From: Octopus sinensis
Taxonomy: Eukaryota
NCBI RefSeq assembly: GCF_006345805.1
Contig: NW_021831287.1
Location: 208,083 to 272,082, forward strand
DNA length: 64,000 nucleotides
Reading direction: 5' to 3'
Position 1 is the first letter of the stretch, and each line of letters starts with the position of its first letter. The position numbers and the translations under genes were made by a program. This document shows, one piece after another, positions 62,120 through 64,000 of the stretch. A model generated the notes under the pieces. It searched no databases. It was not told the DNA's origin and worked only from the letters and a program-made list of their open reading frames with translations.

Positions 62120-63449
62120 CAGGGTTCTCAACCTTTTTAGCTCAAGGGCAAATCGATAATTAAGATTAGCTTCGCGGGCCGCACAAAAAATTTTTATATT
62201 TTTTTATATTTTCCATTTTACTAAATATTGATTCGCATAAATATGTAGATTTATATATGCATTGTGTGTTATATTTTTGAATTTGTCTTGAGGAATTAAT
62301 TCGTAAAAATTAATAATGGACGCATTTTTGAACAATGCCGCCAGTTCTATATCAGGGGTTCTCAACCTTTTTAGCTCAAGGGCCAAATCGATAATTAAGA
62401 TTAGCTTCGCGGGCCGCACAAAAAATATTTTATATTTTTTTATATTTTCCATTTTACTAAATATTGATTCGCATAAATATGTAGATTTATATATGCATTG
62501 TGTGTTATATTTTTGAATTTGTCTTGAGGAATTATTCGTAAAAATTAATAATGGACGCATTTTTGAACAATGCCGCCAGTTCTATATCAGGGGTTCTCAA
62601 CCTTTTTAGCTCAAGGGCCAAATCGATAATTAAGATTAGCTTCGCGGGCCGCACAAAAAATATTTTATATTTTTTTATATTTTCCATTTTACTAATATTG
62701 ATTCGCATAAATGTAGATTTATATATGCATTGTGTGTTATATTTTTGAATTTGTCTTGAGGAATTAATTCGTAAAAATTAATAATGGACGCATTTTTGAA
62801 CAATGCCGCCAGTTCTATATCATGTTGTAAATTAATGAGTTCTAGTTGAAACTTTGCAGGCGCATCCTTAATTTCCACGCTGAATGGAGTTGAGAATATT
62901 CTCATTAAAGGAAGGAATTCTTTAAAATTCTAAAAATTAAATTTATATAAATTTTTTTTTTTAATTTCGAAATAGAAAAGAAAATGGAACAGGAAGTCAG
63001 CTACTAGCCGCAGAGAGAATAGAGAAACTGTTCCCCCTGAGTACGGCTATTGAGACGCGCTCAAAAAGCCGATTGACCTCGCGGGGGTCGTTTCTAATCC
63101 TCCCGAGGTGACGGCCTCTCTCGGTGAGAAAACGTAGCGTGGCTGGGCCGAATGTGCCTGATGTTTCGACTGAAACAGGCACAAAGAGGAATCTGTCGGC
63201 GAGCGAGGCGTACTTGTCTTTCTTCCGGGTCTTTGCCCTCCTCGCCGCTGTGCCATTTATATAAATGTACCCCAAAACGTGCTTCAAATTGATTAAGAAA
63301 TCACCAATTATGGATATGTTTAACCTTAAGAATGAATAATTAAATTTAAACATTATTAAAAAATTAAAAAAGTTAGTTACTCTAGAGGGGCCGCAAAAAA
63401 AATCCTGGGGGCCACATGCGGCCCCGGGGGCCGCATTTGAGAACCGCTG
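62120..63449 (-). mobile_element. hAT element with triplicated terminus and nested CRE fragment
   Basis: TIRs CAG(G)GGTTCTCAA / TTGAGAACCGCTG, TSD ATCTAAAT; ~235-bp end repeated at 62120, 62353 and 62588; FQLELINLQHD remnant. Confidence 0.88.
62997..63255 (-). mobile_element. CRE 3' fragment (RLE domain)
   Basis: KKDKYASLADRFLFVPVSVETSGTFGP..LFERVSIAVLRGNSFSIL. Confidence 0.85.
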
Positions 63450-64000
63450 ATCTAAATAATAGATTCTTGTTTTATTGGATTCCTTTCAAAATTTGCTATG
63501 GTAGAATGTGCTCTTACCAAATCAGCTAAGGAGATCCGTGGAATCCTGTGGCATATTTACTTAATTATGAAATTATTGTGCCATTGTTACAAATGATCCG
63601 CGCGCCGAAGAGCGCATAGGGAAATATTCGCATTGAATCATCCAGCCGTAGGCCGGTTTTATTTTAGAGTTTTTATGATAAAAATAGAAGATTAAAACAT
63701 TTTTTAAAATTTTTTATACTTTTTTTTATTAAAAAGAGTTAAATAAATCAAGTCAGTAACTTCAAAATTTCGGCGGAAAAAATATTAAAATCAAAAAAGT
63801 AATGAACAGAAAAAAAGAAAATAACCTTAGAAAGGTAATTTTTATTACAAATTTTGAACGCGGCCAATCTGGCGCCCCAACCGGTATGGACGGTGACATA
63901 ATGGGAATATCTGCCTCTCGCCAAGCTTACTATCCAGGACAGAAACGAAGCACAGTCGTTGATCACCCTAGGTCTCAAAATTAGTACAAGAAGCCTGAGA

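Noticed and set aside
63480-64000. Terminal ORFs or genes
   Set aside because: Mixed retroelement debris (CRE-like GLRLDD remnant) cut by the window edge; cannot be assigned confidently.

Overview
AT-rich eukaryotic (metazoan, probably bilaterian) nuclear DNA. Host genes are compact and broken by very short spliceosomal introns of about 21-37 nt, so the six-frame ORF track fragments or misses most of them. This architecture resembles highly reduced parasites such as dicyemids or myxozoans; the taxon is an inference. Genes I rebuilt by hand: twisted gastrulation, a four-domain C-type lectin membrane receptor, RNPS1, tRNA-Cys, two divergent WIPI/Atg18 paralogues, a double-PHD+SAM protein, an SRR1-like protein, a 99-aa KEN-box acidic securin-like protein, a head-to-head pair of related microprotein genes and several orphans. 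There are also cathepsin L and PSMB2 pseudogenes. The rest is dense transposon-derived sequence: hAT (Buster/Charlie, DUF659, CGGBP-like), pogo/Tigger, Ginger, Merlin, Helitron, CRE and RTE-like LINEs and a tRNA-derived SINE. Highlights are a four-level nest (hAT > Tigger > Helitron > Tigger) carrying a ~95-bp tandem array, tiny introns inside the transposases of several DNA-transposon superfamilies, and a CRE 3' end between 109-bp direct repeats. All homology calls are from motif recognition by eye; no searches were run.
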